A stretch of 64,000 nucleotides of DNA from Hyphochytrium catenoides (taxonomy: Eukaryota; Protista; Hyphochytriomycota): the NCBI GenBank assembly GCA_900088475.1, contig FLMG01004102.1, positions 5,058 to 69,057 of the forward strand. Reading direction: 5' to 3'. Positions 19,661-41,174 of the stretch are shown here, in pieces. Each line of letters begins with the position of its first letter. Within the stretch, counting starts at the first letter, position 1. Below the pieces are notes generated by a model. That model saw only the letters and a program-made list of their open reading frames with translations, had not been told where the DNA came from and did not search any database. The position numbers were made by a program, and so were the translations under genes.

Positions 19661-22600
19661 TCACAGCGAAAGTCGTTGCTTAGCTGCCGCGATGGCCCCT
19701 AAAATAGATCTTCTCTGCAACAACACATCATCTTTAGGAGGAGTCGCGTTCCTGCTCGCATCAGGTGCATCAGCGATATCCTCATTTCCGAACCCGAGGT
19801 TAGCTGTCGCTTTGGTCCCTGGAACTTGGGTGACAAGCTGCAGTTGACTCTCCAGCATTCGCAAGCGATCGCTGTATAAGCGAAAGAAGAAGGCCAGGAA
19901 AGACTCAAAGGTCACGACCTCTCTAGGGCAAATCTTACGAGCGACCTTTCGCCTATACTCACGAGAGACAGGCTATAAGAGACCAGCAGCCAGAGACTGA
20001 TTATGGGAATATACATAACGTACATTATTCTTGGAGGGATTCCAAAGCTTAGCTTCTCAAGAGACTCTTCGACGGCTTTCAACGTAAGTTCTTCAGCCTT
20101 ATCGTGGACATCTCGAAATGCATCAAAAAGTTGATCGATAGAGAGGCCGCTGGAGTCTACAATGTCACAAAGACGCATTAATCCGAATCTGAGTGCCTTT
20201 GCTTCACTAGCCAGCTCCCGGGCTGACCCTAGTGCTTTGTCAGCATCCAACTGGTCGATCTGGGAGGTCAATCTTATCGTATTGGATATCCGGATCCGTG
20301 CTACAAGCCTCTGTTGGCGTATCTTCTTTCTTAGGGCCACAGGTAGAGCCTTCACTTTGGAGCGGTACATGGTCCTGAGTATTTCCGAGCTGTCGATGCT
20401 TAGCTCAAAGGGCATGACTGTTTGAAAAAATAGTTTTTAGAGAACATGACATCATAACACTATGAATAAATTCATGATACCCTACCTCCTAGTGGCAGAG
20501 GCTGGTTCTCAGCTTCTAGGTCAGCACTTTGGTCCATGGCCCTCACCAAAGTCAAGATCTTTTGACGGTGCAATCTGGACATCACGCGCAGTTCGTCTCT
20601 CAGCTTGCGATCCGTGAACTCAAGTAACTTCGATCCTGTAATGTTGAGCTCTTTGACCCTCCGACCTACTTCTGGCATGCCCATTCGTATATGGAACCAG
20701 GCCGAAACATCCTCTGCCGTGCAGTTTACAATGTCTGCTCTTTTCATGCCCATGAGATCTGGTGCTTTTCCAACCTGAGGAGCCTTAAATGCATAAGAGG
20801 AATAAAGGAGAGTGTAAATGGCGAAGTGGTCTGTAGCAAAAGCGCAGAACAAAACAGAGTGATGAATAGCTGAAGCAGTTAGAGAACGGGCGGAGAATTC
20901 TGGCCTAGCAAAGATGCTCAAAGGATGTACCTTTCAAAAGAAGCGGATGACCTCTTACCTCTTTCATTTGACTTGATCTTCCTAGAGCTTCAAGAGCGCT
21001 AAAGAAAAATGCTCGGTTTTCAGAAGATTTGAATAAAAGTGGGTAGTTTGGAGCCAAAGCTAGACCCAGAGGTCCTTTCAGTTCCTCCGCGGTAATGGCC
21101 CACAATTGACCTCCTGATACACGGCAGTTGATGGCTTTGTCAGGAGCCAAGGAGAACAAGGAAGTGATCCACCTCCCAACCTCCGTAGTTGTCCACTCTC
21201 TAAGAAGATGCTCCTGTTTGGCGGGAGAGGAATCACTCTTCAGTAATGCTGCCACCATTTGAACATTTGTCGCCACGCCCATATCAACAGAGTCTGAATC
21301 ATTCCGCCTGAGAGAGTTACCCTCTGGTCTCAACACTTGAAGAGATTGTACTGGATTGACTAACTCCCCGCCATCAGGGGGATTATGGGATGAAAGCTCC
21401 TTCGAGCTGAGCTGAAACTGCTTCCAAGCAAAGAAGATGAGCCGAGCCAGCTTTTGCCTTGATCTTTGTGGGTTGTGGAAGGCAAAAGGCTGACGTAAGA
21501 AAGACCGTGGACTGTAAAAAAGGCGGGAATAGACTTACCTGTTTTGAATTGCTGTCACACGCTTTCTTACTACCGTTTCCTCCCGCCAGCGCCTGAAGGA
21601 ATAGGCGAGGCTTTCCCCTCGTTGTGCCTGAACATCTGCCTTCCAGCGGGTCACGTAGCTTCTTGTCACATATGTTGCAACTCGGATGCCAACTCTTAGG
21701 AGCAAATCTCTGCAAGATTTTCTAGCTAAAGCATTCCCACGAAGCCGTCTCAAGATCATCCTCTTAACGTTACTATTTGCCTTCTCATGTTTGGCTTTCT
21801 TCTTTTTGCTCCATTCCGCGTGGTCCTTAACCCTCTGGAAGAGCTGCCGTCTGTAGGATGTCAGCGCCCTGAGAGACATCTTTCGAACCTTTTGCTGCAA
21901 CTGGAAGTAATTGGTCCACCTATTAAAGCAGCTTTTCTGGTGCTTTCCAACTGCTGTAACGTACATCTGTTTGGCCCTCTTCATCCTTGTGACATACCTT
22001 AGCCAATTCTGGAAATATCTGAAGAGCAAAATTAGACGTAGTGACATGGCCAAACTTGAATGGCTTCCCTACCTGACAATCCGCCTATCGTATGCTCTTC
22101 TGCTCTGCTTTCTCACCCTTACCGTCAACAGGACTTTGCGCTTCCAAGTCTCAAAGGTTTTAACCATCAGCCGCATGCGTTCCTGGGTTTTCTCTAGTTC
22201 TATTTCAGCGAATACGTCTTCAAACTTGTCGCAGAGAGCATTGCTTCTCTTGGCGTGTTCATTTAGGAATGCCATGGCCTCATCGCAGAGATTCATCACC
22301 CTGACAACATCAGCTGGTCCCTCTGTGACAGTCTTGGGTATGTTGGTTGGCACAAGATCTATTCCTGGAGCACAGGGAGACGTAAGACACTATAATCCTC
22401 AACAGTTGGAGTCTCTAAACTTGCCATGGTGCCTCTGGCCAATACCCTGGCTGGCAGCAGTTCCCAATTCTCTCGTGGTGCTCTGTTTCAGAGGCAAGTT
22501 AGTCTGAGGGAAAATAATGCGAAGGACTGCATCAAAGTGTCTTACTTGCTCCCTGGCATTTTCAGTTTCACCTGAAGATCCGTCAATGGCTTGGACGAGA

Positions 22601-22889
22601 GGTTCTTGATTTATCTCAGCACCGCTGCCAGGCGTTGAGATCCCAGTGTCCAAGTGCACTGCCGTGACTAACGGTGAGGTTGAAGGTGGTTCTGACGTAG
22701 AAACTTTCGCTGCATTTGACACTGAAGTTAAGTCTCTCACAGCCATATTAGATGTCTTTTGTATGCGAGACCAACCAACCTCGGTCCTGGGCCTGCTCAG
22801 AGTTCCGAGTTTCCATTTTGTTGAGACTATTGGAGGATACTGCAGTTGGGCCCGTTAATTCTGGGGCACGAACAGAAGCACTATCCGTA
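19661..22889 (-). CDS. Protein with Sfi1-like (F-x-x-W) repeats, two SAM domains and a degenerate EF-hand-like C-terminus
   Basis: FETW/FQNW/FNRW/FQRV spaced about 29 aa. SAM motifs EWTTTEVGRWI..VSGGQLWAITAEELK and TAEDVSAWF..ITGSKLLEFTDRKLRDELRV..HRQKIL. Both ends uncertain; the gene may extend further 5'. Confidence 0.7.
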
Positions 22890-23566
22890 TTGCGGCTCAT
22901 TGCTGAGTTTAAGGGTGGTCCTGACTATTCTGTCCTTCTGTCATTGTGCCGTGGGCAGGATATCTTGAAGGACTTTCTACCGCAATGATCCAGGGTTCCG
23001 TATTCGCGTTTATTGCACAACTCGTGGTCGATCCTTACCCATCTCGTCCGGTCTGCTATAGCGCACAACCCCCTCCTAACCTCTTTATTACTCGCCAGCA
23101 CCGCGTTGTAGAGCACTGCTCAACGGACAAAGACTTTGAGACAAGCAGGATGTTTGACTTCCCTCGAACGACGTTGACTTAAGAGTCCATGGCCGAGTTA
23201 GCATCAATCATTGATTAAGACAAACGTCAAGCTCATGGTCCCAGTGGTCCTTTTGGTTCAGTAGCTACCTACATCCACTGCATGCCCTACGGCATGCTAC
23301 AAAGACATCTGTGGATGAGCAGTATAAGGACTATGGGTGGAGGTGTAAGAGGGAGCACTTGGATGACGATGATGGGCAATCGCAAGGTGCGAACTCACTC
23401 AGGACCCAGTTCGCACCAATCCATAACGGACTTGAAACACTTCAACACTTCAACTGCACTATCAAAGATAGAAATGCTGTATATCCTCAATATATCTTTC
23501 GTGGTCAGCTCCAGGGGGAGGCGTGTCTACTTGCCCCACCCTTTCTCTCACTTTGCCCACCCACGT

Positions 23567-23666
23567 NNNNNNNNNNNNNNNNNNNNNNNNNNNNNNNNNN
23601 NNNNNNNNNNNNNNNNNNNNNNNNNNNNNNNNNNNNNNNNNNNNNNNNNNNNNNNNNNNNNNNNNN
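23567..23666. other. Assembly gap (100 N)
   Basis: Run of N; both flanks carry CTTGCCCCAC. Confidence 0.98.
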
Positions 23667-23919
23667 CTCTCTTGCCCCACTTCAAACATAGACTGATACT
23701 CGGAGACCAAGGTAAGAAGCTTCTTTAGGGGTGGAGAAGCTATGATCTAAAACCGGACTAAGAGCTGCTGCTGTAATACGTCAAGTTCTGTTTGAGGAGG
23801 GCCTTAACTTCCAGTGTCGTTAACTTACACCAATAGCATTCTCGGCTTTCATTTGCGTTGGACCTGATCACTTTGTCTTGGACCTTGGTAGGCCCAGCTC
23901 GGTCCAAGAACATACAAAC

Positions 23920-24117
23920 ATGGAGCAGCCCTTCAAGCTTGCAAGAGTCACCAAGGTTTTGGGACGTACCGGCAACACCGGTAACGTGACCCAGGTCAGA
24001 GTGGAGTTCATCCAGGAGCAGAACCGTTCTATCATCCGGAACGTCAAGGGCCCAGTTCGTGAAGGGGATATCCTCTGCCTTCTGGAGTGGGAACGCGAGG
24101 CTCGCCGCCTGCGGTAA
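23920..24117 (+). CDS. RPS28: 40S ribosomal protein S28 (eS28), CDS without introns
   Basis: [60 protein letters not shown]. Confidence 0.98.
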   Translation: MEQPFKLARVTKVLGRTGNTGNVTQVRVEFIQEQNRSIIRNVKGPVREGDILCLLEWEREARRLR

Positions 24118-24949
24118 ATATCCCGCTGCTATGGATGGACAAGTTTGTTGCAGAGCATGACTGCAGAATGGAGTGGAGTGTAGGGAGGGTTAACACTCAA
24201 ACATGCCCGAGTCTCAGTCTTTAGGTGACTACGAAGGTTCTTCTTATGCAATAAATAGCTGTGAGATGGACCTTGTACAGCTTGAAAAGAAAGGTGAAGG
24301 CCAGCTGCACCAATCAGGTCCACACTGTACCACTCAAGTCCTTATATTGCTACTCATTGCCAACGAAAGAAGTAACCTCCGCTTGCCGGAAAGTGGGAGA
24401 ACTGAGAGTTAAAGACGTCAGAACTAATGACTATCATCACCCTCGATTGCGGTGGAAGTGAGTGAGAGGCATGAGAATGAGAGTCACCCGGGTCCAGGAT
24501 TGCTTCTTAAGGAGACGACCCCCTATCAGCTCCATGCCCCTTGACCGAAGAGTGTGAGAAGCTGTAACGTCTCTTGACGGAAGAGAGTGAGAAGAACTTA
24601 TTATGCGGTCAAAAGTCATTGGTTGACGAGCGGCTCATGCGTATGCAGGTAGCAGGGGTACAATAACAATATCTCTGTCCACTGTCAACCAGATCTGGCG
24701 CGTCTCTCTTCGTCGGCCAGGTGGGGTACAAAGAGGCTTAACTTTGTCAAAGCAAGATTTTGAGGAAGACTACGCTGATGTTAACGAAATTGACACAAAA
24801 TTCTTTTCTTGCACACGACGATCTGGTCAGCGCATCGTGTAATGAAGGAAAAGCAGTATGATGTTGGGGAATGAGCAACCATGGGAGCACTCGGTTATGG
24901 ATATGTTCTTCCTAGAATACAGAAGCAGGTATAATGGAGCCACTCCTAC

Positions 24950-25439
24950 TTATTGGCCGAAAGTGCTGGTTTTCTCTTTGCCCTCACCCTTTACGGACTG
25001 CAAAACAGCATTAGCAAAGTCGAAGGGGCTTTTATGGCAATTTTGGCAGTCGCTTACCTCTCGATATTTCTGCAGATAGATCTTCAAAGGGTCGACATAC
25101 TTGTCAAAGCCTAGTGTGCTCATAGCCCATAGTATGTCATCCCCATTGATAGTTTTTCGCTTTTCTTGCTGGCACTTGTCACTTGCCTCACTAGAGTACT
25201 GAAGTGAGTCCAGACAATCCAATAGGTAGGTGCTGGGAGTGTAGGCATTACCTTGTGATAAATGATATGAACTCCGACACGCATTCTTGCATAGTATCCT
25301 TGGCGTCTTTCGCAATCTTCGCATTTTCTGGAAGGGACTTCTTCATGATTCGGGAGATGTTCGCCGTCGGTAAATACCTATCCTGCTCCCTTATCTCATC
25401 ATCATCCTCACCCCCTCCTGGCCTCCGCTCATCAGACAT
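24950..25439 (-). CDS. NFYB: Nuclear transcription factor Y subunit B (CCAAT-binding histone-fold protein)
   Basis: [67 protein letters not shown]; two GT-AG introns. Confidence 0.97.
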
Positions 25440-26423
25440 GGTGTGAATACAGTCGACGGCGGCAAACTCTGTCTTCAGCTCCAAGCACTCGGCAATCCAA
25501 TCTCTAATAAATGACGGACGAGTAGATACAATAATCTTCGCTTTTCTTCGCCAAGGTCCCAGCTCAATGAGGGCAGAAGGTGAGGGCTCCTAACTCCGAA
25601 CAGCCGAATTTGGTATGATGACCTGAGTCTCATCTGCTGAGTCTTCACAATCTGATTATTGCAGTTCTATTTTGGCATTCCGCCGATTTTGAAGTTCTCC
25701 TGTAGCAATACAAGTAAAGCCTTTACATGACTATACTGTAAGTTCGTGGGGTGATTGATTGGCCTGATCGTTATGGGTACTATTCAGAATATATGTTCTC
25801 TGTCTCTTACAGTATTTGATCACTCCAGTGTCATACGCAGGGCACGGCTGACACCACTTTGGGGACCCAACTAGTGGTTATTCTAAATAATATGACAAGC
25901 TCCACTTGAACGTACTACTGTACTGAACACACTGCGACATACAAGTACCGTGCTCCTTACCTGTACTGGTACTTGTCCAGTATCCAGCATGACCGATTGC
26001 ACACAACAACATGGACGCAAGGTCAGGAAGATGTTGGCGCGTGTAAGGTGCCCTTTGTATCATGCAGACCAGGAGCCAACAATGAGTGACGACAGCAAGC
26101 ATGCCTACCAAGAGACTCTCGGCGTACTAAGTAATAAGGCACGCAGCCCAGTAGTAGTTATAAGAACGGAGGCGATATCTCGACTGCTTATTTGAGTATA
26201 GGATCAGCAGTTTAGTGCAAGGCCCTCTTCTATCCCCTGAAAGCAAGGGCTCACTTGTCCAAGGGTAGCGATCAGTTCAGCAGTGGTTGGAAGTGGGGTC
26301 CTTTTTCAGAGGACAGGTTTAAAGTGGCCGTGACTGCTGCCTATACCGCTCGTGGGAGAGCGCTAATGGAGCATGTGTAGATGGGTCATATGCTTAAAAA
26401 AATGAGTACACATGCCACAAAAT

Positions 26424-27388
26424 CTATTTGGTTTGATTAGCAACGCCTTGAATTTTGGCTCTGATTGCCTCTTGATCCCCAAGATATCGGCCCTGTAGTG
26501 GCCTAACCGCATCTGGATGTGGGATGGGTTGCAAATTCTCATTCAGTTCATATACGAGGGGAACACCTAGTAGAAGATGGGTAACGTGAGAATGGGGAAC
26601 TAATATCAGATACAGAGGGACACTTACCTGTCGGAATATTTAGTTCTGTGATTTCATCTTTGGAAATGCGGTCTAGATGCATCAGAAGAGCACGCAAGCT
26701 ATTGCCATGAGCTACGATGAGTACATTTTTCCCGAGTTTGAGATCTTTCAGGATAGGCCCTTCCCACGCCGGCATAAAGCGATCGGACGTAGATTTCAGG
26801 GATTCAGACCGTGGCAATTCAGATGGATGCAGATCCCGATAGCGCTGATCGTGCCCAGGCCAGTGTGGATTGGATTCATCCAAAGGAGGTGGAGGGATAT
26901 CGAAACTTCGCCTCCACTGTAGAACTTTCTCTTTACCGTGCTCCTTAATGGCATCTTGCTTATTGAGACCTGTTAGTGCGCCATAATGTCTCTCATTTAG
27001 CCTCCACGTCCTTTTGACCGGAACCCAGAGAAGATCGTTCATTTCCTGGACGAGGTTGAGAGTCTTGATTGCTCGCTTCAGCATGGATGTGTACGCCACA
27101 TCAAACCGCAGACCCGCTTCCTTAATCAACTCCCCTCCATGAAGTGCTTCCTTAACCCCTGCCATTAAAAGCGTTGAGGTAAAGGCTGAGATGAACCAAT
27201 TTCTCATCAAATCTACCTGTCTCCGAGAGGGGTGCGTCGTACCAACCGGTGAACCTATTCTCCTTGTTCCACACGCTCTCGCCATGACGGACTAGTACTA
27301 GTGTCTGCTTTCGCGCGCCGCGACCAGAGAAAGCTCTGCAACTCTGGGGGCTAAGAAGCACTCGAGGGATACGTTGCACTGTCAACAT
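26424..27388 (-). CDS. gpmA: 2,3-BPG-dependent phosphoglycerate mutase (dPGM) with putative mitochondrial presequence
   Basis: [59 protein letters not shown]; N-terminus [21 protein letters not shown]. Confidence 0.96.
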
Positions 27389-28250
27389 CTTTTTGTGATC
27401 ACGCAGAACTCCGCCCTTCAGGAACACAGTCCCTTACGGTGCCTGTGTGTTAGCCGAGTCGCCGGCGGTAAGGAGACTGAGCCCTTGTGATCGGGCTGGA
27501 GCTTTCTGGATCTGTTTTGAGCAACGTCCAGCGGAGGATCCTAATCACCAAATCTTCAGTGATGGCGCTTCTCATTCTTTTGCCCCCATCATCATCCTCC
27601 ATCCAGCCCTTCTGCGCCTACTCCCGTCCCCGGTCCCCGGCTTGTTCAATCCTGCAGCCCTAATAACGGGGTATATATCAATTATGGATAACTAAGGCCG
27701 AGGTTATCATTATACTTCAATGGAAAACTAAAATAATCGGTTATTGTATTGATTTTGCGCGCAGTAAATAAAAGCTTCTAAAGGAGAAGTGAAGCAAGCG
27801 TCTTGGTGTTGGCAAGCAGCTGAGCTGCGTCTGTATCAATAGCAGCATTCTTCTGCACCTGCGAAGGAAGTGGCATTGAGAAGAAGAGCTCTTTCCTTGC
27901 AGCCAGCTCTCATGGTCCAGCGTGAAGGAAGGAGAGAGCATGGGTAGTCCAGAATCGTGAGCCCACCTGAGCCGTGGTCTGTGCAGTGCTTCCTATTCAT
28001 CCTACAATTGCGTATACTATAACGACATTGGGGCAGCCAACTTGCTGCTAAAGTTGTCAGCTGATCCTGAAGCGCTCCGTCCTGGACGGGTCGGATCAGG
28101 TTCAGCAACCACTATGGGAAACCTCTGTCTTAATATTCAACGCATCGGATGATGTCGCACAACAACGAAAGGCTTGTGGCTGTGCCATCTAAGTGCCCTA
28201 CAAGTAGCCGATCTAGCTGACTGCATTGTGACTAACGTATCACGGCAGCT

Positions 28251-36229
<7,979 letters not shown>

Positions 36230-36301
36230 CCTACAGCTAACCTCCCGCTGCAAGTGAGAGTCTAAAAGCTGGCCTCCTTTAGTCTAGCTCTTTACGAAGG
36301 G

Positions 36302-37217
36302 TTAGGAGGATATCCCACACACTTTCTTCGAGATGTTTGCAAGCATTTTCCGCCCGTAAGGAACGTAGCTCGCAGAGTACCTGGCGAATGCAGCAAATGA
36401 GATGATAAGGTTGATGTTGATTGGCAGTGGAGCAACTATGCCGTACCATATGGCAGCCACAATTTGGACCCCACAGAGGACGAGGATGATAATCCCCAGA
36501 TCTGGTTCCTGCACGATTAAATCATCTTTGGCATCAGCTGATTGCTTAACTCTCAAGGGACGCCTAGAAGGGAGTTGGTTCCTACCACAAATGCCACTGC
36601 TAGGATTAGGATCAGCATTGCCAGATAGATCCCTGCCGCTACCCTTCGGTCAGGGTGGAACATTGTCTTGCATTGGCGTGCCGGTCCTACCAAGAAACCC
36701 GAGCTACATGCACAGGAACCATTAGCTGCATACTGCTCTAAGATAGTAGAGCCTAATGATTACGGACTTACCCTGCCAGGGCGATAAACTGTCCAAATAC
36801 ATAAAAGACTGCAAACGCGGCTACGCTTCCTCCGCCAGTGAGCGAGAAGATTGCCTACACCCATAGAGCCTTAGATGTACAACGTAGTGGTAGAGAGAAA
36901 GAAGCGAGGACTTGGTTTTTGGGAATCTCTTACCAGCATGCTTGTGAGATAGCCTAGCACGAAGCAGATGCCGAACCCAAACATGCGCTGAGCACATACT
37001 CATTAGTCTAAAAAATTTACACGAATTAGACTCGTAAGAGTGGAAACCTTACCTGCCGGTACGACAGAGATTTCACGCATTGTGGAGGCTCATCCTCTGG
37101 CTGCTTGTTCACTCCTGGAATGGAAATCTTGATGTTATCTAGAGTACTTTCCTTTTTGGGCGGTGCCGAAGCACTGGGTGCTGTAACTTTTGCCTTTAGG
37201 CTCTCTAGAGCGTTCAT
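36302..37217 (-). CDS. SFT2: SFT2/Got1-family vesicle transport protein
   Basis: LSYRQRMFGFGICF, FAVFYVFGQFIALAGSGFLVGPARQCKTMFHPDRR, QIVAAIWYSASYVPYGR. Confidence 0.9.
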
Positions 37218-38243
37218 GTTGAGTATAGTCCTAGCTGGTGAACTTCCGCTTGCGCGAAGAGTGGCCGAGAGGTTTGATAGAAGATGAGAAATGTTGGTTT
37301 GGCACGTAGAAGGCGACAGACAACCTACTTGGAGCACAGCTTAATTTGCAATGCGATGCAACTTAAGCTGCGAGGTTGTAAGCCTTCCATCTGCCCATGT
37401 CGTTTGAGGACACCCTTGGATAGCGTGAAGAAGTGAGAGAATAGGGAAAGGAGAGACCCAGAGGCCACGCAAACAGAGAGACAGAGCAAGAGAGGCAGAC
37501 TGACAAGAGACAAAGGCCTCTATGTGAGGTGCGAGAGAAGATGCGCAGCTCTCGGAGACGGTGTGTCGCTCGCTGGCCAGGAGGCTCAAGTTAAAGAAAC
37601 GGACCATCATCATCTTTCTCCCAGGAGTTTCATTGTTTCCGATATCAGTAACGGATCAGAACCCCGAACTGCATGAGGTTACTGCCTTGAGCTATTATTG
37701 ATAACTATTGAGTTAGATCTGATTCAAGACGTGGTTACCCTCGCTTACCGTACGGTAGGAGAGGTTATCCCCTCCCCCTTGCTGTACAGTATTCAGTAGA
37801 AAGGATAACCACGGCGCCTCGGTACCGGGGGTTGTGACAGTAACCTTTCTTTGAACTCCGTCAACGGTTAGAACCTTTCAAAATGCTGGATTGATGTACG
37901 AAAAGCTGGTTCATTGAGTTTCATCATCACAGATTGAGAAAACTCTGTCCCAGGTAATCTAGGAATAAAGGCCCTCACAAAACTCAAAATCTTCAAACGT
38001 CTGACTGTGGCCGGGGTCTAAAAGCTCACCGCATCTTGCATCTGAGACAGGGGCAAGCTTTACGGGGTGAGAAGGGGCATTATTTACTCCTAATGTGTCC
38101 AAAGCGATAGGGGAGAAGGTCATCGATAAGCAGTCAGACCTCGTGCAGAACGGCAATCTTTAGGTGGGAGCAACGGAAGCGCCCAGCGCACCAACAGAGA
38201 ACTAATTCACGGTTATAAAAGAGACCACTATTTGGTAGCTATA

Positions 38244-39519
38244 ATGCATCACAAGGCAATGGTGCGTCTTACTATTGTCTCCGCCCGTCGCATTCGGTAA
38301 CCAAGCGCTACTTTAATCCTTATTGTAGGTTGGATGCACCAGCTGCCGCTTGGTCAGCATTGCGGAGGATATGGTAACTGTTACTGCTGGTCGGCAACTG
38401 TCATTTGCTGACTGCTTACGCTATCGTTGGGTCTCCCTTTAGAACCCGAGCAATCGACAAACCATGGAAGACTGCATACTGGCACGCGATGGCTTTGCAG
38501 GGCGGCCAGAGGATGGGCTATTTGGTGTGTATGATGGCCATGGAGGTACGGTGATACTGTAGGAGCTTGATGGAGAACTCAACAAACTGCTCCTAACCCC
38601 GCAATGCTTCAGGTCGAGATATAGTGGAGTTCATAGAGCATCGCCTGCATCGTAACATTGAGCGGGAACTGGCAGAACCAGATGATGATCTGGTAGAGAT
38701 GAAACTGGCCAGAGCCTTCTTAATCACAGATTATGAAAGCCATTTGGAGACGGAGTCGACATCTGGAGCTACGGCAGTGGTCTGCTACCTCACTAATGAC
38801 CCTACCACTGGAGAACGAGAACTTTTTACTGCGAACGTTGGGGATAGGTAATGCTAAGACTTACCTTTGCAGTCGTCGGATAACTGTCTTGACTGTCTTA
38901 CGCTCTGTCCTGCAGCCGGGCAGTGCTTTGTCGAAATGGCAAGGCCGAGCGCTTAAGCACGGTGAGATCCTCCAACTCTGTGTGTCCATACATCGCATAG
39001 TGACCATTGAAGGACGTTAGGATCACAAGCCAAGCAGCAGAGCAGAGCAAGAGCGAATAGAGGCTTGCGGTGGGTTTGTCCACAAGAACAGAGCAATGGG
39101 CATCCTCGCGGTCTCCAGGTGAACGCCTGAGATCCGACCTTGTAAGCTGCATTGAAAGTGTTTCTCATATTGCCAATATAAAGGAGCTTTGGGGACCACA
39201 AGCTGAAAAAGTATATCACAGCAAGGCCTTCCGTAATGAGGACGCGGTGAGCTGCCCAGTCTTGACTTCCTCAGCACGAGCACCCTAACTGTAGGCTCTC
39301 TCTCATCCTCACAGGCTCGATGCCTTGGATGACACACCTTTCATTATCCTCGCTTGCGATGGAGTATGGGACGTGTTTGATGATCAAGAAGCCGTGGATC
39401 TCGTGCGAAAGTACATGGGACGGACTGGAAAAGAGGGGGAGGTGGCTCGTTTGTTGATTGAGGAGGCTCTTGAAAGAGACAGCACTGATAACATCTCAGC
39501 AGTTGTGGTCTACTTGTGA
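38244..39519 (+). CDS. Protein phosphatase 2C (PPM family)
   Basis: RQTMED, LFGVYDGHGG, SGATA, ANVGDSRAVL, DHKP, GILAVSRSFGD, FIILACDGVWDV, STDNIS. Confidence 0.95.
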
Positions 39520-40223
39520 ACAACCTCACGGTTCTTTGTGTCAACTTCAGTTCCACTGCAAGAGCCAGTGTTCTAGACCAAAGGTCCCGAGGCTCGTTAG
39601 GATTCCTTGCATTTTGCTTTCCTAGTGTACATACCTTGTCATATACTACTATGGGTCACTCAGGACTGTTCATACCACTGATAAATGACCAAGAATAAGA
39701 AACGTTGATCGCTGACCGAAACAACTGTCAATCTCCTGCATAGCCTATATATCCTCCTCCGACCTCTTACTCTGGGAGGTACAAGGACAAATGATTCTAG
39801 GATTACCTCTATCAGAGCTATTATCAATGAATCTGCTTCGTTCACTGTTTTGACGATGTCTGCTCGAGGTAGACGAGCTCCGTGTGGTTGCTTGCCTCCC
39901 TCGTAGTACAATAATCATCAGCCTTCGTGTCTCTTCTACTGTTCCTTGCCGCTAACGGAAAGCATTGACAAACAGATACTTGACTCCATCCCCAGACAAG
40001 TTGAAGCTTGTTGGCTGACTATCTGTGCGCCATCAAGAGCAAACCACCGTTTGTCTGCCTCGTCCTCATCACAGCGCCGAAACGAAGCTTCGGTTCTAGT
40101 GGTCACCCCTTACTAATCGTGCTTGGAAGCTGCAGCAAGCAGACGTCGGAGAAGCTTACCAGGGTGACTGCGGATGCAGGCCATAGGAGGAGGATAGGCA
40201 CGCTCTGCCACTGCTAATTCGCC

Positions 40224-41174
40224 ATGACTTCCACGACAGGCCCAAGCACAGGAGCGATGGCCACCTTGCCAGAGCTCAAGAACGGTGCGTTTACCACTCA
40301 GCTTGCTCCACTTGTTGCCAATAGCTTACTTGAGCTCTCTTTTGCTTCTGTCACCTCCAAGTGCTGAAGGAGACGCTAGAGTCGCGTGGTGTGCTTTCTC
40401 AAATAAAGGCTCGGATACGAGCAGAAATATACAAAGCACTGGACGAGCAGGTTGAGCCTTATGAATCAACCGGGAGCTCTCGGGCACTATGAATTGCTAA
40501 GAACTCTCACAGGAGCCCCGGCCTCCCATTCTTTCCAGTGAGAACCTTTTAATAAACGAGCTCATCCGTGAGTATCTGGAGTACAACGGATATAAGCACA
40601 CACTCTCAGTCTTGCTTCAAGGTCAGGATTGGCCAGCGGTTTACTGCTTCTTGTTGCTGGTCTAAGCGTCGCTTGCTGATGATAGAATCTGGCCAACCCC
40701 TTGAGAAACCCTTTGATCGACAGTTTTTGAAAGACGAGCTTCAAAGTAAGAGCAATTCCTAACTTCAAGACAGTGACTGTCTCTAACTCGGCAAGCACAG
40801 TCCCCGAGGACCCTGTACACCGAGATGTACCGCTGCTCTACTCTTTCTTCTTGCGCTCAAGGGAGAGCTTAGGGGCGGGACGAGCGCCTAAAGGAATGAC
40901 CTCTCGCTACCCGTACGCCACCCACACGAGCTCCATCGGACAAGGTATTCACATCCTTCTGCCTCCTTATCTGAGGATAGCTCATGACTCTCCCGATCTC
41001 TAGATAAACCTAACGAACGGCCAAGCAAAAGAGACAACGAACTTTACGACTCTGAGAGCGTGAAGACTTCGGAATCAGAGGCGGTAAGGGCTTGGCTCTT
41101 TCATACTAAACGTAGCCCCTTCCTTCAAGCTGTCTTATAAGATTTTACTTCTACGCACCCTGTCAGGAAATTGA
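40224..41174 (+). CDS. CEP20: FOR20/FOPNL (CEP20) LisH-domain centriolar protein
   Basis: MATLPELKNVLKETLESRGVLSQIKARIRAEIYKALD..ENLLINELIREYLEYNGYKHTLSVLLQESGQP..PLLY. Confidence 0.9.

Noticed and set aside
25757-25764. CCAAT box upstream of NF-YB (autoregulation)
   Set aside because: Such a short motif is expected by chance and has no other support.
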